A stretch of 60,885 nt of DNA, filler included, from Candidatus Babelota bacterium (GTDB lineage: Bacteria > JAGOBX01): NCBI GenBank assembly GCA_017999075.1. It is 11 parts of 11 records of this genome, joined end to end, with 100 filler letters (N's around TTAATTAATTAA, not from the genome) between each part and the next. Parts side by side here need not be neighbours in the genome. Positions count along the whole stretch, not along the records: positions 36,372 to 40,415 come from JAGOBX010000388.1; positions 40,516 to 44,555 come from JAGOBX010000389.1; positions 44,656 to 48,667 come from JAGOBX010000390.1; 8 more parts are not named here. One strand, given 5' to 3'. Made by a program: the position numbers and the translations under genes. Under the pieces are notes generated by a model, which did not search any database, was not told the DNA's origin, and saw only the letters and a list, made by a program, of their open reading frames with translations. Position 1 is the first letter of the stretch. The number at the start of each line of letters is the position of its first letter. Below are positions 36,522 to 46,242 of the stretch, piece by piece.

Positions 36522-39500
36522 ATACATCCTTTGTTTTTACAATATTCAAATGTATTTATCGGGAATAATTCTTTATCTGATAAATTATTTATTGAAACAA
36601 TTTGTTTAGCCGATTGAATTAATTTATTTTTTTCACATAAATAATTTTCATCTGTTAAACCGAATATATCTAATTTGATTTCCGGTTCTTTTAAATAAAA
36701 AATATACAGCTTATCCGGGAATTTGTTGAACAATTCATAAACCGCAAAAGAATATATTATAAGTTGCATTCTGTTAACAAAATTATTTTCTTTATATTTT
36801 GAATATTTATAATCAACTATATATATTTCTTCTTCATTGTAAATAAGCAAATCTATTATTCCATTTATATAAACTGACAATTCTGTTTCAGAATCATTAA
36901 GTTTTAAATAAAAAGGTAGTTCTCGTTCAATATTAAAATTTTCAGTTCGAATTATTTCCCTTTTAATTATTTCCGCAGCGTTTAATACTGATTTGTTAAC
37001 ATTGCCCATAACATTATTTTCCAGCTTAAATGAATATGGTTTAGAATATTCAATAATATTTTTTTGTATTTTATCCGACTGGTTTCTTATATCAATTTTT
37101 TCAAGAATGTAATGCGCATACAAGCCGGCTGTTATGAAATTTGATAAAATTCCGTTTTGTTTTATGTCTTTTTCTAAATATGTCAGTTCATTGTTTTCAA
37201 AAATACAGTTATCTTTCTGATATCTGACTTTGCCGCCAAAATCATTTAATTGATAAGAAAAATCCGTTATTCCTGCTATATATGAATAGAAAAATTTACG
37301 GGGGCATTCACTGAACACAGCAAGTGAGGTGGGGGAAATTTCAATAAAATTAGAACTAAAACATTTAAAACGGTTTATAGAAAAATAATTTTTTGAAAAA
37401 TCTTTAATTTCACTATATCCTGATGAATTAAAAATTTTATTTTTATAAAAATTCAGATTAGGAATTTCTTCTATGGTAATTTTTGAATATAAAATTTTTT
37501 TTTCTTCATTATTTACAGAAAACGATTCTAAATATTTATCGAGCCATTCCATCCATGTATCGGATTTTTTTTTAGAAGATTCAAATCCTATAAAAATCAA
37601 ATAATCTCTTGCGCGCGTGCATGCAGTGTAAAAAACTCTTTTATTTTCTTCTATCTCCTTGAGTTTATCTATATTTTCAAATTCAGAATACTCTGAATTA
37701 ATTATTTTACCGCTGTATAAATTATTAATTTTTATTGTCAAATCATTTTCTGTTGCTATAATACGTTTTGGTCTATAGTTCGGTTTTCTTGAAATATCAG
37801 GAATTATAACTATCGGGAATTCCAATCCCTTGCTCTGGTGAATAGTCATTAGTTTAACACAATCCGATTTTTCATCAATAAGTTCAGCTTCTGATTCATT
37901 TGCAGAAGTTTCACTTAACCTGTCAATTAACTTTATAAAATCCTCTAAAATTCCTGTGTCATTTCTGTCAAAATTATCTGAAATATGCAGTAATTTATCA
38001 AGATTTGCAAGTTGCTGGACCGAATTAAATTTTGTAACAAGAAAAATTTTATAATTAAACTTTTCAATTATAAAATTTAAAATTTCAAATACCCTGTATT
38101 TAGAATAATTTTCCTGAAGCCATGATATAAATTCTATAAAATCTTTTAGCCGGCATATTGTGTCTGTTGAAAACCATTTTTTTTCAAAATTTAATTCTTT
38201 TAATTTTATTCCGTTATTTAATTGTTGAAATATTACGGCAATTTGATTATCATTCAACAACAAAAATGGGGAGCGTAAAACTCCTGAAAAAGATATTTTA
38301 TCCGAAGGATTTGATATAATTTTTAAAAAAATTATCAAATCAATAATTTCAGGACAATCATAAAAACCTCTTCCTTTTACAACATAATACGGGATTCCAT
38401 ATTCTCTAAATTTATTCTCATAAATTTTTATATCTGTAAACGATCTAAACAAAACTGTAATATCTCCAAATTTTGATGTTCTGATTTTTTTTTCAATTTT
38501 ATCTTCGGTAAATATTCTTTTTTCATCATTATTTACAATTTCATTTATTTTTCCTGCAAGAAATTCAGCTTCATAAGATCTTAAATCATTCGAACTATAT
38601 TTTTTAATTCCAATATCATTGCCAAACCCATCATCATCTTCACTATGTTCTTCTATAGAATTCTCTTCTCCACGGCTTATTATTTTTATGAATTCACATA
38701 CAGCTTTATTCTGAATTATATCCCCTCTTACAGAAGACATAATATTTTCAGGGATATATTTAATACCAAAATCATATAAAGAATTATCCATTACTATTGA
38801 AAATAACTCATTGATTATTTTTATCAAAGATTTTACTGTTCTTCTGTTCTCAGGGAAAAATTTTACCGAGCAGTTGTCGTATTTATCATTAAACTCTTTC
38901 TGCCATTTTTTCATTATAGATGCTTCAGCACCGCGGAATTTATAAATTGATTGTTTAACATCTCCAACAATAAACAATTTTTCCGCATCAGGTATTCCAT
39001 TGGAAAAACCTAATAATTTAATAAGTTTTTCCTGCATAAAATTTGTATCCTGATATTCATCTACAAGAACATATCTGAATTTTTTTTTAACAGTTTTTAT
39101 TATTTCAGAATTATTTTCAAACAACTCAACAGCAAAAATTATTAAATCGTCAAAATCAATAATGCTGTTTTTAAGTTTATAATCATACATTTTTTCATCA
39201 AGCTTAACAAGAATTTCAGAAATATATAATGAATATTCATATATTTCCGGCATAATCTTGAAATTTTTCAAAATGTCGATCTCTGTTTTAATTCCATCTT
39301 TCAAATTTTTAAATTTAGGACCCCAATTCCCTGCAATAACATTATCGAGTTCTATTAAACGCTCAATATTCAGCAAATTTTTATTGGTGTCAAATCCTAA
39401 ATTGCATAAACCTTTATAAACTTTTTTTAAGGTGGGGGAGGAAGAATGTTGAGAAGATATTTCTAAAATTTCTTCTAAAAAAAGCCGTATTTTTTCAGAT

Positions 39501-40144
39501 GGTTCAACGCTTTTTTTTTCAAAATACCTTATATCGAATTTATTTTTTTTTATAAGAATATTGTCAAAAATATTTTTTATAAGTATTCCGCGATTTTTTA
39601 ATGTATTATACAAACTTCCAATTTCTTCCGAAATTTTCGGAAGAGAACCAAATTCTAAAAAAATTTTTTCAGATAAACCATATTTTTCTGAAATTAACTC
39701 TTTAAAAATTTCAGAAACAAATTTTGTTATTAATTCATTTTTTTCAGTTTCATTAATTATACTGAAATTATACGCTATACCAGTTTCTATAGAATATTCT
39801 TTTATAATATTAGCACAAAAACCGTGAAATGTACTGATTGAAGCAAATCTCAAAGACTGTATTATTTTTTCCCAAAAATCATAATTTTCTTCGTTACTTT
39901 TTAATTCAGATTCTATTCTTAAAAATACCCTATCTTTCATCTCAGCCGCAGCTTTTTCAGTAAAAGTTATGGCTAAAATATTTTCAGGAAGTATTTCTTC
40001 TCCATTACATTTTTTTTTTAAAAGATTGATATAAAGTTCTACTAACGCTGTTGTCTTGCCGCTTCCGGCGCCGGCCTGAACACAAAAATTTTTTTCAAAT
40101 TCAAATATCTTAACCGCATCTTCGGACCATATAATATTTTTCAT
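36485..40144 (-). CDS. addA: AddA-like UvrD helicase with C-terminal PD-(D/E)XK nuclease
   Basis: AGAGSGKT, ITFTEKAA.EM, LVDEYQDTN, VGDVKQSIYKFRGA, MTIHQSKGLEF, YTACTRA, GIIDLL...IVDYK. Confidence 0.85.
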   Translation of the reverse strand: MKNIIWSEDAVKIFEFEKNFCVQAGAGSGKTTALVELYINLLKKKCNGEEILPENILAITFTEKAAAEMKDRVFLRIESELKSNEENYDFWEKIIQSLRFASISTFHGFCANIIKEYSIETGIAYNFSIINETEKNELITKFVSEIFKELISEKYGLSEKIFLEFGSLPKISEEIGSLYNTLKNRGILIKNIFDNILIKKNKFDIRYFEKKSVEPSEKIRLFLEEILEISSQHSSSPTLKKVYKGLCNLGFDTNKNLLNIERLIELDNVIAGNWGPKFKNLKDGIKTEIDILKNFKIMPEIYEYSLYISEILVKLDEKMYDYKLKNSIIDFDDLIIFAVELFENNSEIIKTVKKKFRYVLVDEYQDTNFMQEKLIKLLGFSNGIPDAEKLFIVGDVKQSIYKFRGAEASIMKKWQKEFNDKYDNCSVKFFPENRRTVKSLIKIINELFSIVMDNSLYDFGIKYIPENIMSSVRGDIIQNKAVCEFIKIISRGEENSIEEHSEDDDGFGNDIGIKKYSSNDLRSYEAEFLAGKINEIVNNDEKRIFTEDKIEKKIRTSKFGDITVLFRSFTDIKIYENKFREYGIPYYVVKGRGFYDCPEIIDLIIFLKIISNPSDKISFSGVLRSPFLLLNDNQIAVIFQQLNNGIKLKELNFEKKWFSTDTICRLKDFIEFISWLQENYSKYRVFEILNFIIEKFNYKIFLVTKFNSVQQLANLDKLLHISDNFDRNDTGILEDFIKLIDRLSETSANESEAELIDEKSDCVKLMTIHQSKGLEFPIVIIPDISRKPNYRPKRIIATENDLTIKINNLYSGKIINSEYSEFENIDKLKEIEENKRVFYTACTRARDYLIFIGFESSKKKSDTWMEWLDKYLESFSVNNEEKKILYSKITIEEIPNLNFYKNKIFNSSGYSEIKDFSKNYFSINRFKCFSSNFIEISPTSLAVFSECPRKFFYSYIAGITDFSYQLNDFGGKVRYQKDNCIFENNELTYLEKDIKQNGILSNFITAGLYAHYILEKIDIRNQSDKIQKNIIEYSKPYSFKLENNVMGNVNKSVLNAAEIIKREIIRTENFNIERELPFYLKLNDSETELSVYINGIIDLLIYNEEEIYIVDYKYSKYKENNFVNRMQLIIYSFAVYELFNKFPDKLYIFYLKEPEIKLDIFGLTDENYLCEKNKLIQSAKQIVSINNLSDKELFPINTFEYCKNKGCIYENICFNSACS

Positions 40145-40415
40145 AATTTCTTAATTATATTTTAACAAAACTTCAAAGGCAACATATTTTTGTATTTCTT
40201 TAAAAAATCATAAAACATTAAACCTGTATAACCCTAGTCTGCATTAATATTACTAATTTCACCAACTTTTCATTAATGTTTAAAATATAAATTTAACATC
40301 GAGAACTAAAAAAAATTTCGCAAAGAAAATGGAGGTATAAGCATCATAAAACATTGATTTAGACCATTTCTTTAAAACAGCCGGATAAAAAAATATTTCG
40401 CAATCGCTAATTTTT

Positions 40416-40515
40416 NNNNNNNNNNNNNNNNNNNNNNNNNNNNNNNNNNNNNNNNNNNNTTAATTAATTAANNNNNNNNNNNNNNNNNNNNNNNNNNNNN
40501 NNNNNNNNNNNNNNN
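40416..40515. other. Artificial contig linker
   Basis: N44-TTAATTAATTAA-N44. Confidence 0.99.
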
Positions 40516-41442
40516 GTGCGCGTCGGATGCAATAAACACGACAGCGGGCTGCCTGATGTGCTTGACCGGCATTTCCTGAACGGCACTAAGGACAGCAGTA
40601 TATTCCGCAAGCATATTGGTCGCACGCTGTTAGCGCGCGACTTCGAAAATCCTCATCCTGATTATTGGGAACTTAATTTGAAATCCGATGAGGCGCGTGA
40701 AAGTTCGAAATATCAGTCATATCTTGAACAGCAGAATATTCTTGAACAGCAGGTTTCGGAAATCATACGGAATAATTTTTCATTCTGCGTATTGCAGGTT
40801 AATTCAAAAGATGAACGCATTGAACTGGAATCAGCTATAATCGCTACTGTTGCGCAATGCGAAGAATGCAGAGCGTCTGAAAACTGGTTCGGCAGGTTCT
40901 CGCCAAAATATAAGATTAAGGCATTCGGTTTATGGCACGTGAACGGACTGAACAACAAACCTCTTGAAAACTGGCAGATTAAAAACTTTGAAGAATATCT
41001 TGAACCTGAAGAGAATGATTCAGCTATAGGCGAATTTGAAAAAATCAAATTATCAAGAACAGCGTGTTACGGGCCATGTCCGATTTATGATCTTGAAATT
41101 TCCGCTGACGGTAATGTTGATTATACAGGCAATGGATTTGTATCAGTTAATGGCAATGTGAGTTGGAAACTCGACACTGAACAGATTAAGCAGCTTAACG
41201 AAATAATCCAGCGTTACGATTATTTCAACATTAAGGCGCGAAAGATAACGAGTAGTCATACCGACGCGCCTGGATGCATAACAAGCGTTAAAATGAAAGA
41301 CGGCCGTTTCAAGAAAATAAATAATTATTACGGTGAGGACAAGTATCACGGAAAACTGCGGCGATTTGAATGGCGTATCGATGAAATAACAGGCGCTGAC
41401 AGATTTGGAAAGGAATACAGGCAAGGACTTTACAATGAATAA
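40516..41442 (+). CDS. Hypothetical protein (5'-truncated): GIY-YIG-like N-terminal region fused to a DUF6438-like domain
   Basis: RVG...L..H......SIFRKHIG and LES.II motifs; C-terminal IKLSRTACYGPCPIY.LEI..DG.V.Y.G. Confidence 0.6.
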   Translation: MRVGCNKHDSGLPDVLDRHFLNGTKDSSIFRKHIGRTLLARDFENPHPDYWELNLKSDEARESSKYQSYLEQQNILEQQVSEIIRNNFSFCVLQVNSKDERIELESAIIATVAQCEECRASENWFGRFSPKYKIKAFGLWHVNGLNNKPLENWQIKNFEEYLEPEENDSAIGEFEKIKLSRTACYGPCPIYDLEISADGNVDYTGNGFVSVNGNVSWKLDTEQIKQLNEIIQRYDYFNIKARKITSSHTDAPGCITSVKMKDGRFKKINNYYGEDKYHGKLRRFEWRIDEITGADRFGKEYRQGLYNE

Positions 41443-42010
41443 ATCGTTACATTTTCATGGACCATATTCTTGGAGACATAATGGCGATTGTGTATTTGAT
41501 AGTCCTCATATTAAATCATCTGGAATATACCTGCATACTTTCCCGTATACTAATGGTTTCATAGTTTATTATGTCGGCGAGACAGGGGATAGTTTTCAGG
41601 CCAGACTGACTACTCACGCTAAAGGTTATATTTCAGGCGAGTACAGACTGCTTGACTATGACGCTTTATGCAAAGGCGAGAAAAAATATATTTGGCAGGG
41701 TTTGTGGAAGACAGACCGGGTGCATTTGTTTTCTGAATTTTACGATAAATATGATGAATATGTTGTTTCAATTAAAAAGATTATGGATAATATGAACCTT
41801 TTTATTGCTCCATTAGAAGCGGATCAACGGATGCGGCGGCGGATTGAAGGAGCTATCGGCAGACATTTTCTGACCAATCCTGGATTTATAGGTCAACTTC
41901 CTGATACAGATAATAAACTCTGGTATAGGAAAAATGAAGAAACACCTCTAAAATTCAGAATAACTGCAGCATCAAAAATTTTTGAATTACCCGATGAAAT
42001 ACAGGTCTGA
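41435..42010 (+). CDS. GIY-YIG-like nuclease family protein
   Basis: SGIYL...YYVGET..SF..RL..H and a downstream R.RIE; ATG 41435 has an AAGGA SD and overlaps the upstream stop. Confidence 0.65.
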   Translation: MNKSLHFHGPYSWRHNGDCVFDSPHIKSSGIYLHTFPYTNGFIVYYVGETGDSFQARLTTHAKGYISGEYRLLDYDALCKGEKKYIWQGLWKTDRVHLFSEFYDKYDEYVVSIKKIMDNMNLFIAPLEADQRMRRRIEGAIGRHFLTNPGFIGQLPDTDNKLWYRKNEETPLKFRITAASKIFELPDEIQV

Positions 42011-42077
42011 TGAAAATATAAGATTGATTTTAATAAATAATTTATCAAAAAAATGTTTGTATGCGGTGCTTTAATAA

Positions 42078-42479
42078 ATGATTGATAAATCTTCAGAAAC
42101 CAATCAATTTAAGCTGTCCGAGTGTTCAAAGATTTTGAAGTATCTTGATTATTTTTCTGACAGTGCTAATAAGTTTTACAGTATTGAAAGCGGGTCCATG
42201 GATCCGTACTTATATTCGAAAAAGGTAAACGAGTTTATAAAAGATTTGTATGCTGTGAAATTCATATATTCATTTGATTATAATGAATGGTATTCAGGTG
42301 AAGGCAAACATTATTTTGATAATCCTGAATTGATAGCCAAAATGGAACTTCAGGATTTGAGAAAAATTGTTACAGCATTTGTGCGTAGCGAGAGATTCTG
42401 CTCCGGTACTATTGCGGAAATGATAGATAAGGGACTAATTATAAAAATATTGAAGCGGTTAAATGAACTTGTATTATAG
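42078..42479 (+). CDS. DUF6508-like protein
   Basis: FDY.EW, L....TA.VR.ERFC.G.I......G.I..IL.RL pattern. Confidence 0.7.
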   Translation: MIDKSSETNQFKLSECSKILKYLDYFSDSANKFYSIESGSMDPYLYSKKVNEFIKDLYAVKFIYSFDYNEWYSGEGKHYFDNPELIAKMELQDLRKIVTAFVRSERFCSGTIAEMIDKGLIIKILKRLNELVL

Positions 42480-42580
42480 TTCGTTGACCAAAATGTCTAA
42501 GTTGAAAGTAATTAGAATTTCTTGATTTTATGATTCGGATTCGTTAGTCAGTTTATGAGATAATGCCGGCTATCCAATAA

Positions 42581-43522
42581 TTAGAATATTTTTTTTCTTA
42601 TATGACAGTAAGGCGCTGAATTATTATTGAAGTAATAGTTCTGATGATAATCTTCAGCAACCCAGAATTTATCAAAGGCCGTAATTCTGGTAGCAACTTT
42701 ATAATTTTGTTTTTTCAGCAAATCAATAATTGTTTCTGCAGTTTTCTTTTCTGATTTATCCAGATAAAAAATTTCTGTTCTGTATTGTGTGCCTATATCA
42801 GGCCCCTGTCTGTTTATCTGCGTGAAGTCGTGAATTTCAAAAAATAGTTTGAGCAGGTATTCATAAGAAATTATTGATGAGTCATAAACAATCTCGACAG
42901 TTTCAGCATGTCCTGTTAGTCCGGTTGACACTTGTTTGTAATCAGGATTATTGGTTTTTCCCCCACAGTACCCGGAAAACACCGCAATAATACCATCGAG
43001 CTTTTCAAAATAGTATTCTACTCCCCAAAAACATCCTCCTGCAAAATAAGCTTTTTTCAAGTGCTCAGGATTCATTTTTATAAATTTCATTGAAATGGAA
43101 TTTACGCAATGCCTGACATTTTTTTTAGTAAAATTTTCACCTTCAAAAATATGTCCTAAATGTCCTTTGCAATAAGAACATATAATTTCTGTCCTCATCC
43201 CGTCTTCATCCGGAATTTTCACTACTGCGCCAAATAATTCCTGATCAAACGCCGGCCAACCACAGCCTGAATGAAATTTAGCATCAGAAAAGTATAAAGG
43301 GTTGGAACATTTTCTGCAGATAAATACTCCTGTATCAAACAAATCAGTATATTCACCTTTAAAAGGTTTTTCAGTGCCTTTGTTTTCAATAACGTTCTTT
43401 TCCGCGGGAGATAACTCGCTTCCATAAAAATTTTTCATATTATTCTCCGGTTTAAAATTAAAAATAAGAATGACAGCAGCGCCGCTTAACAAAAACAGAA
43501 TTACTTTTTTATAAATCTTCAT
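42581..43522 (-). CDS. msrAB: Bifunctional methionine sulfoxide reductase MsrB-MsrA with N-terminal anchor
   Basis: GTEKPF, SGCGWPAF, GHLGHIF, RHCVNS (MsrB); FAGGCFWGVE, GHAETV, AEDYHQNY (MsrA). Confidence 0.95.
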   Translation of the reverse strand: MKIYKKVILFLLSGAAVILIFNFKPENNMKNFYGSELSPAEKNVIENKGTEKPFKGEYTDLFDTGVFICRKCSNPLYFSDAKFHSGCGWPAFDQELFGAVVKIPDEDGMRTEIICSYCKGHLGHIFEGENFTKKNVRHCVNSISMKFIKMNPEHLKKAYFAGGCFWGVEYYFEKLDGIIAVFSGYCGGKTNNPDYKQVSTGLTGHAETVEIVYDSSIISYEYLLKLFFEIHDFTQINRQGPDIGTQYRTEIFYLDKSEKKTAETIIDLLKKQNYKVATRITAFDKFWVAEDYHQNYYFNNNSAPYCHIRKKIF

Positions 43523-43614
43523 TCTAGAATATAATAATAAAAATCTTCAAAAATGTAAACACTTTATTCTCAAATTAAAAAAGTAGATTTCATAAATTCC
43601 AAGTCTGGTTTATT

Positions 43615-44022
43615 TTATACTGCCATCAGAATTTTATTATCTTTCTTCCCATTGATTAATTTCTCTATATGCTCTAGTGAGACTTTCTTGCGTTTGTGAA
43701 CCTTCAGGATATTAGTCAATTGTTCTAGATTATGTTCAGGGAAGACAACGATATAACATCGGCGGCCAGGGTATATTCTTTTTACTAGGCCTTTGAGAAA
43801 ATCCAATCTAAAATTGAGAATATATTTCGCGGCTCTGGATGGTATGTAAGCGGCTAGGACTCCTTCAGAGTGATATCTTATGCAGTAGCGGTATTGTTCC
43901 TTCCGGCATTTATACTTAAGCTTTATAATACATTCGCGCATGGACCAGCGTTTTTCATTTAACGGCAGCAGAATAGTCTTGTATTTCGGGCGGTATTTGA
44001 TAAGATAACGGTTATTTGGCAT
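43615..44022 (-). CDS. Hypothetical basic protein
   Basis: 135 aa, GGAG SD, higher GC than the host background. Confidence 0.55.
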   Translation of the reverse strand: MPNNRYLIKYRPKYKTILLPLNEKRWSMRECIIKLKYKCRKEQYRYCIRYHSEGVLAAYIPSRAAKYILNFRLDFLKGLVKRIYPGRRCYIVVFPEHNLEQLTNILKVHKRKKVSLEHIEKLINGKKDNKILMAV

Positions 44023-44429
44023 AAAACTCCAATCTCCATTAGAGGCGAAGGTACTATTTGAGTAAAGCAGTAAGGCCTCTGTTGAATACTTGTTTTATTA
44101 TATAACGGAATTGCCTATTGTGAATAGTTTTTGTTGAAATACTTCACTATATCAACCAAAAGGCAGACCTATGACAGATGATTTTCAAAGTAAATATTTC
44201 AGCGATACCGGGCATTAAAATTCATCGCTGTTATAGATAAAATCAAAATACTGAAACCGAAATTTATTATATTAAATCTGTACCAAAATTGATAGACAGA
44301 CCGATGAACAGAAAACAAAAACACCGCATAGAATACAGAGTTGGGTAAAAAAATCTCTGTACCACCGGCGTACCAAAAATCAAGTAAAAGTAGGTAAAAA
44401 CAGGTAAATTCAAGCCAAAAAAACAGATC

Positions 44430-44482
44430 TGTTTTTTTTAATGTAAAATTACCCATTATTTTCAATTGAAAATTACCCATTT
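44430..44482. mobile_element. Putative IS21-family terminus
   Basis: TG start followed by two tandem AAAATTACCCATT repeats, as in IS21-family ends; located near the contig break. Confidence 0.6.
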
Positions 44483-44555
44483 ATTGTAATGATGTGTTTT
44501 TAAACATACAAAACCTTTTTATCTGATACAGGTAACAAAAGCACAAAAAACAGGT

Positions 44556-44655
44556 NNNNNNNNNNNNNNNNNNNNNNNNNNNNNNNNNNNNNNNNNNNNT
44601 TAATTAATTAANNNNNNNNNNNNNNNNNNNNNNNNNNNNNNNNNNNNNNNNNNNN
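44556..44655. other. Artificial contig linker
   Basis: N44-TTAATTAATTAA-N44. Confidence 0.99.
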
Positions 44656-44932
44656 TATCTTTTGCGATTTCTATAAAAATTTTTTTGTTTTTATTATAAA
44701 AATATATGTTAGATAATATAAAAAAAACTATAATAGAAATATATAAATATAGATTCATTATGAAAATAAGAACATCTGTATCAAGTGTTATTTATTATAA
44801 TTTTATATTATAAAATAAATTTTATAAAAAATCATCCAAAAATTCATTTTAAGTCGTAAGAAATTCGACTTGACAAATAATTACGATTTTATATTATACT
44901 GAACGAAAATAATTTCCAAAATTGGGAAGAAG

Positions 44933-46189
44933 ATGAAGATAATAAAAGGCAATATAATTAATCCATTAAACAGATTAAAGACAGAATACTTTGAAAATTA
45001 TGCAATTGCTGTTGAAGACGGAAAAATAGCAGAATTATTTCCATTTAAAGAAATTGAAAAAAAGTATGGACATACAGAATATTCATTAGTTGATTTTTCA
45101 GGAAAATTCATCTCTCCCGGATTTATAGATAATCATCTGCATATTCCTCAAGTCAACCAGAGAGCACGTTACGGCGAAAATCTTATGGATTGGCTTAATA
45201 AATATATTTTAAATGCCGAAGAGTCATTTGCGGATCCGAAAATTGCCGAAAGAGAAATAAGAAATTGTTTTAACTGCCTTATAGCAAACGGTACTACAAC
45301 AGCAGTAATGTATAATTCATATCACAAAAGCGCGACAGAATTAGCATTTTCGATTGCTGAAAAATCAGGATTAAAAGTTTTTATAGGTAAAACAATGATG
45401 GATTTTTTTGTGTCCGGCAGACAATATGAAACAACCGAACAATCGCTTAGAGATAGTTATGATCTTTTTAAAAAATGGAATGGAAAATATGACGGAAGGC
45501 TGAATTATATTTTTTCTCCAAGGTTTGCACCCGCGTGCAGTTTTGAGTTATTAATGGAACTTGGAAATATTGCTAAGAAAGAGCATATTTATATTCAATC
45601 TCATTTGAGCGAGAATAAAGAAGAAATCGACCATGCTTTGAACAAATTTTTCGGATTTGAAACATACACTGATATTTATTACAGAGCTGGTTTATTAACA
45701 GAAAAAACTATTATGGGTCATTGCATTCATTTGACGGATTATGAATTTAATTTATTGAAAGAAACGGGAACTAAAATTGCACATTGCCCGTCTTCAAATT
45801 TTTTTTTAAAATCAGGAAGTTTTAATCTGGGAGCTGCAGAAAAAAAAGGAATTGAATTAGGGCTTGGCAGCGATGTCGGAGCAGGCCCTAGTTTTTCGTT
45901 ATTTGATGTAATGAAATCATTGAATTATGCTCAGCCGTATCATATTCCACCTCAAAAATCTTTTTATTATTCTACACTTGGAAATGCGCGGGTATTGGGG
46001 ATAGATAGCGCCACCGGGAATTTTGAAAAAGGAAAAGATGCGGATTTTATTGTTATAGATGTTAAAAAATATCATAATGATTTTGAGTTTTTATCTATAG
46101 AGGATTTGCTAGCATATTTGATTTATCTGGGTCATGAGGGTTTTATAACTGACGTTTATGTTCGCGGAGAAAAAATTGATTTTTTATAA
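44933..46189 (+). CDS. guaD: Guanine deaminase
   Basis: PGFIDNHLHIPQ, SPRFAPACS, QSHLSEN..E, AHCPSSN.FL.SG, GLGSDVGAG. Confidence 0.92.
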   Translation: MKIIKGNIINPLNRLKTEYFENYAIAVEDGKIAELFPFKEIEKKYGHTEYSLVDFSGKFISPGFIDNHLHIPQVNQRARYGENLMDWLNKYILNAEESFADPKIAEREIRNCFNCLIANGTTTAVMYNSYHKSATELAFSIAEKSGLKVFIGKTMMDFFVSGRQYETTEQSLRDSYDLFKKWNGKYDGRLNYIFSPRFAPACSFELLMELGNIAKKEHIYIQSHLSENKEEIDHALNKFFGFETYTDIYYRAGLLTEKTIMGHCIHLTDYEFNLLKETGTKIAHCPSSNFFLKSGSFNLGAAEKKGIELGLGSDVGAGPSFSLFDVMKSLNYAQPYHIPPQKSFYYSTLGNARVLGIDSATGNFEKGKDADFIVIDVKKYHNDFEFLSIEDLLAYLIYLGHEGFITDVYVRGEKIDFL

Positions 46190-46242
46190 TCATTTTATTT
46201 CAAAACATAATATAATATCTTAATAAAAATGAAATAAAAGGA

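Noticed and set aside
40516..42580. Integron cassette array
   Set aside because: The genes overlap or have short spacers with no recognisable attC (RYYYAAC...GTTRRRY) palindromes
44199..44480. 93-aa minus-strand ORF
   Set aside because: It begins inside the IS21-like terminal repeats (MGNF repeated twice) and is probably spurious
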